Shown here piece by piece: positions 61,237 through 64,000 of a stretch of 64,000 nucleotides of DNA. A model generated the notes under the pieces. The model was not told where the DNA came from and searched no databases. It saw nothing but the letters and a program-made list of their open reading frames with translations. The position numbers and the translations under genes were made by a program. Each line of letters starts with the position of its first letter. Positions within the stretch are counted from its first letter, which is position 1. Source of the DNA: Bilabrum cf. latius (lineage: Eukaryota); NCBI GenBank assembly GCA_965178125.1, contig OZ237746.1:682001-746000 (forward strand), read 5' to 3'.

Positions 61237-64000
61237 TCATGCGAACCCGAGGGCCTCCACCAGCACCTTCACGCACTCATCATGACCGCCCAAACGAGCC
61301 GCCTCCAATGGACCCACCATCGCCCCGCCCTCCATCTCGCCCAGCATCTCCAGCCCACCCGCCAACCGACCCAGCCTCAGCCGCTTCCCCAGCTCCAACG
61401 GCCTGCCGTCCCGAGCCGCCCAGAACACCCTGCCCGCGTCCCTCTTGGCATTCACTGCCCGGCGCCATAGCAGCACCTGACTCTGTCGATCTGTCGTTAT
61501 ACCCGCCAGCGTCCCCCCGCACAGACCGGCCAATTCAGGATAGTCTGCTTTGATTGCCCATCTCTCCACCATCCTCAGACGGTCACAACAGCCGCCATCT
61601 CGCAACGCATACCGTACCATAGGCAGCTCCTCCACCACAGGCACCCCATCCCGGTCCCTCTCCACCTCATCATACTCGGCCTGACACGCGTCTCCCATGC
61701 CCAGCACCAGAGACACCATCGCCATCGTGCCCGGGTCCCTCCCGCCTTCCCCCACGCCCACGGGCCTGACCATGGACCTCCGGATGGTGTCCATGCAGCT
61801 GGCCACGAATGCAGCCACTTGCGTCAGGTCCACGGCCCCGCCCTCAGCTGCTAGGTGCATGGCGGCCACGGCGCGGCCAGCGAGTACTCGGGGCTTGGGA
61901 CTAGTGGTAGGTATAGATGCAGCAGTGCTTGGCCCAGGGTCGCTGGAATGTGCAATCTCTGTCTCCAGCTGTTGGTTCATCCACTTCCTGACGACCTTGT
62001 GCCGCTGCATGCCAAGCATGTCCTCGTGATTCTTTGTGCGTCCACCAACTGTCATTTCACTCATCGACCCGGACTGCATGGCTGCATGCTGCATGCCCTC
62101 TAGGATAGCTTCACTCCAGCTGGACCTGGCGATGTCAACATTGAATACTTTGCATGTTGTGCTCGATGCAATTGCAGGCAGTAGAGCCCGCGCGGCAGCT
62201 TCCGGGAGTTGTGAATAGGAGTCTAATGTCAGCCGACGCAAGGAAGCAGACTCGGCAAGCAGCCTCGCGACAAAAGGGGCAGACGCAGCAGACACGAGCT
62301 CATCCTTCACTTTAATATATTGCAGCGTCGGATGGTGCGTGACAGCCTCGAATAGCACACGACTTTCATCATCTAAGCTTTTGGTTGGCTCAACGCTTAT
62401 TGCCAACTCCCGCAGAGTGGTGTTCCTAGCGAGGCCGGCAGCCAGTGGCGCAACACTTTCAGGCTGCAGACCACATGCTAGAATTTCCAATCGGCGAAGA
62501 GCAATGCCTGGATTCTCGCCTAGTGCCTTCCCCAATGCAACGGGTGTCTATCCGCCGAGAGCCCATTTATTGTGGCTCAGATTCAGATCTTCTAGCGTGC
62601 TGTTCGACTGCAGCCCGACCGCGATTGCATGCCCGCCCTCGCTTCCGACTTTTCCCCCGCTGAGGTTTAGCATGTTGAGAGTGGTGTTGACTGCCAGCGC
62701 ATTGCCCAGAGCCACAGCGCCATCATCTCTTATTTTGCTGCCCATCAGCCCAAGTTTCTCCAACACGCACGAGGGCCGGGACAGCCAGAGTGCAATATAT
62801 CTGGCCCCATCGGATCCCACGTTGCAGCCTGGCAACAGTAGCTCCCTGAGGCCACTGCCAGCGGTGGGATTGCACTGCAGTAAGTTGTCGATGCCAACAC
62901 GAGATATTTCGCAGCGCTCCAGCTGGAGCTTTTTCAGGGAGCATCCTCTTGGCGAAGCAAGCGCTTGCCCGAGCAAGATCGCAAACCCGTCATTAGAGTA
63001 ATCCGAGTCATCTGAGTCGTACCCTCTCGCTACGGTCATATTGGGGTCGTCCGAGTCGGGCATAGGCTCATTAGCCAAATCATAAAATTCATCCCTGTCG
63101 TCCCTGCATGGCTGACGCAATGATTTCTAGTAGGATTGGCTCGCGACAATGTGCAGGCTCTCAAGTCGCAGCGCCCCCGTTGCCGCTCCTTCCCGAATAC
63201 CGCGAGCAAGAGGCACCATGCCAGCAATGCGCCCACGGACCACAACAAGCTACAACTTGCGGAGGGTTGAGTTGGTCGCAAGCGCATGCTCCCATGCCTC
63301 CATCGCATCATCATCAATCCGAATGGTCGCATACTGGATGCTTAGCTCTTCCAACGCATGATTATGCGGTAATGCTTTGGCTATCCTTACACTAGTACTC
63401 GCATCTGTTGGGTTGCGCAAGCTGAGCACTCGCAATGTCTTGTTATATTTTAGCCCTGTGCACATCAAATCCGCAGACCTGGAATACTGACAATCAATGC
63501 TAAGCTCCGTAAGGCATGTGTTGCATGCGAGAGACTGAATCAAATAAATACCCCTCGAAGCTAACGGTAGCAACCCCGGGACTAGCCTTGCCTTAAGCAA
63601 TGAAAAGCATCCATCGGTAGCTTCGGGGCCTGTCTGCGGGGTTTCGTACTCTCCGTCGAAAGACTGCAAACCTGGTCGCTACATAATGGCGGCTGCTAAA
63701 TTGGATCTAACATATGTTTCGCCTCTGCCGCGGGTTACTAGCATATCGGAATCGAGCACGAAACGTCGCAAAGGAGCTCTCGTTTTGGCGAGACTGGTTG
63801 CAAGTACTGAATGACCGCTATCTTGCAGCTCGCATCGTTGAATATAGAATGACTATACAGATTCATTTGTAATAAATGCGTTTCCAAGACAAGCATACTG
63901 TTGTAGCCCCAAGCTCGATCCTGCAACAGAAAGACGTACGAGACTGCTGGACCGTCCAATTGCTTTCGAGAGCGCATCAAGATCTCCATTTAAGGAATTA
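61237..64000 (-). CDS. RI-type LRR protein, copy C (5' end beyond window; TAG=Gln)
   Basis: Minus ORFs with 5' ends at 63669, 63120 and 62535 share one frame with 5 TAGs at positions shared with copy A. Ends EALGFA-TGA at 61237. Confidence 0.85.

Noticed and set aside
1-64000. Interpreting the fragmented ORFs as pseudogenes or sequencing errors
   Set aside because: Decay would yield TAA, TGA and frameshifts as well. Only TAG occurs, catalytic motifs are intact, and TAG sites are shared between paralogs.

Overview
Gene-dense, GC-rich, intron-poor eukaryotic nuclear DNA. The protein repertoire suggests a heterotrophic protist, possibly a bicosoecid/Cafeteria-like stramenopile (inference only). 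The main discovery is a non-standard genetic code. The fragmented ORF track collapses into 11 long, coherent reading frames when TAG is read as sense. About 90 in-frame TAGs (hand count) occur with no internal TAA/TGA, every gene ends in TGA (10) or TAA (1), and paralog, repeat and motif alignments put Gln at TAG sites. The code is therefore TAG=Gln with TAA/TGA=stop, a rare decoupling of UAG and UAA. Under this code the window encodes: a >4200-aa BNR/Cys-rich multi-TM surface protein; an RT-less CRE-like non-LTR retrotransposon ORF; a 5197-aa M11-peptidase/EGF type I membrane protein; a ~4050-aa hypervariable armadillo-repeat protein interrupted by a 524-bp TG...CA insertion with no TSD; an amino-acid permease head-to-head with a prolyl 4-hydroxylase; a spliced conserved membrane protein; a RING protein; and three tandem mosaic LRR paralogs, two with Ras-like CaaX tails. 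A 13-bp motif (CACTCGTCACACC) is strongly over-represented in both exons and an intron.
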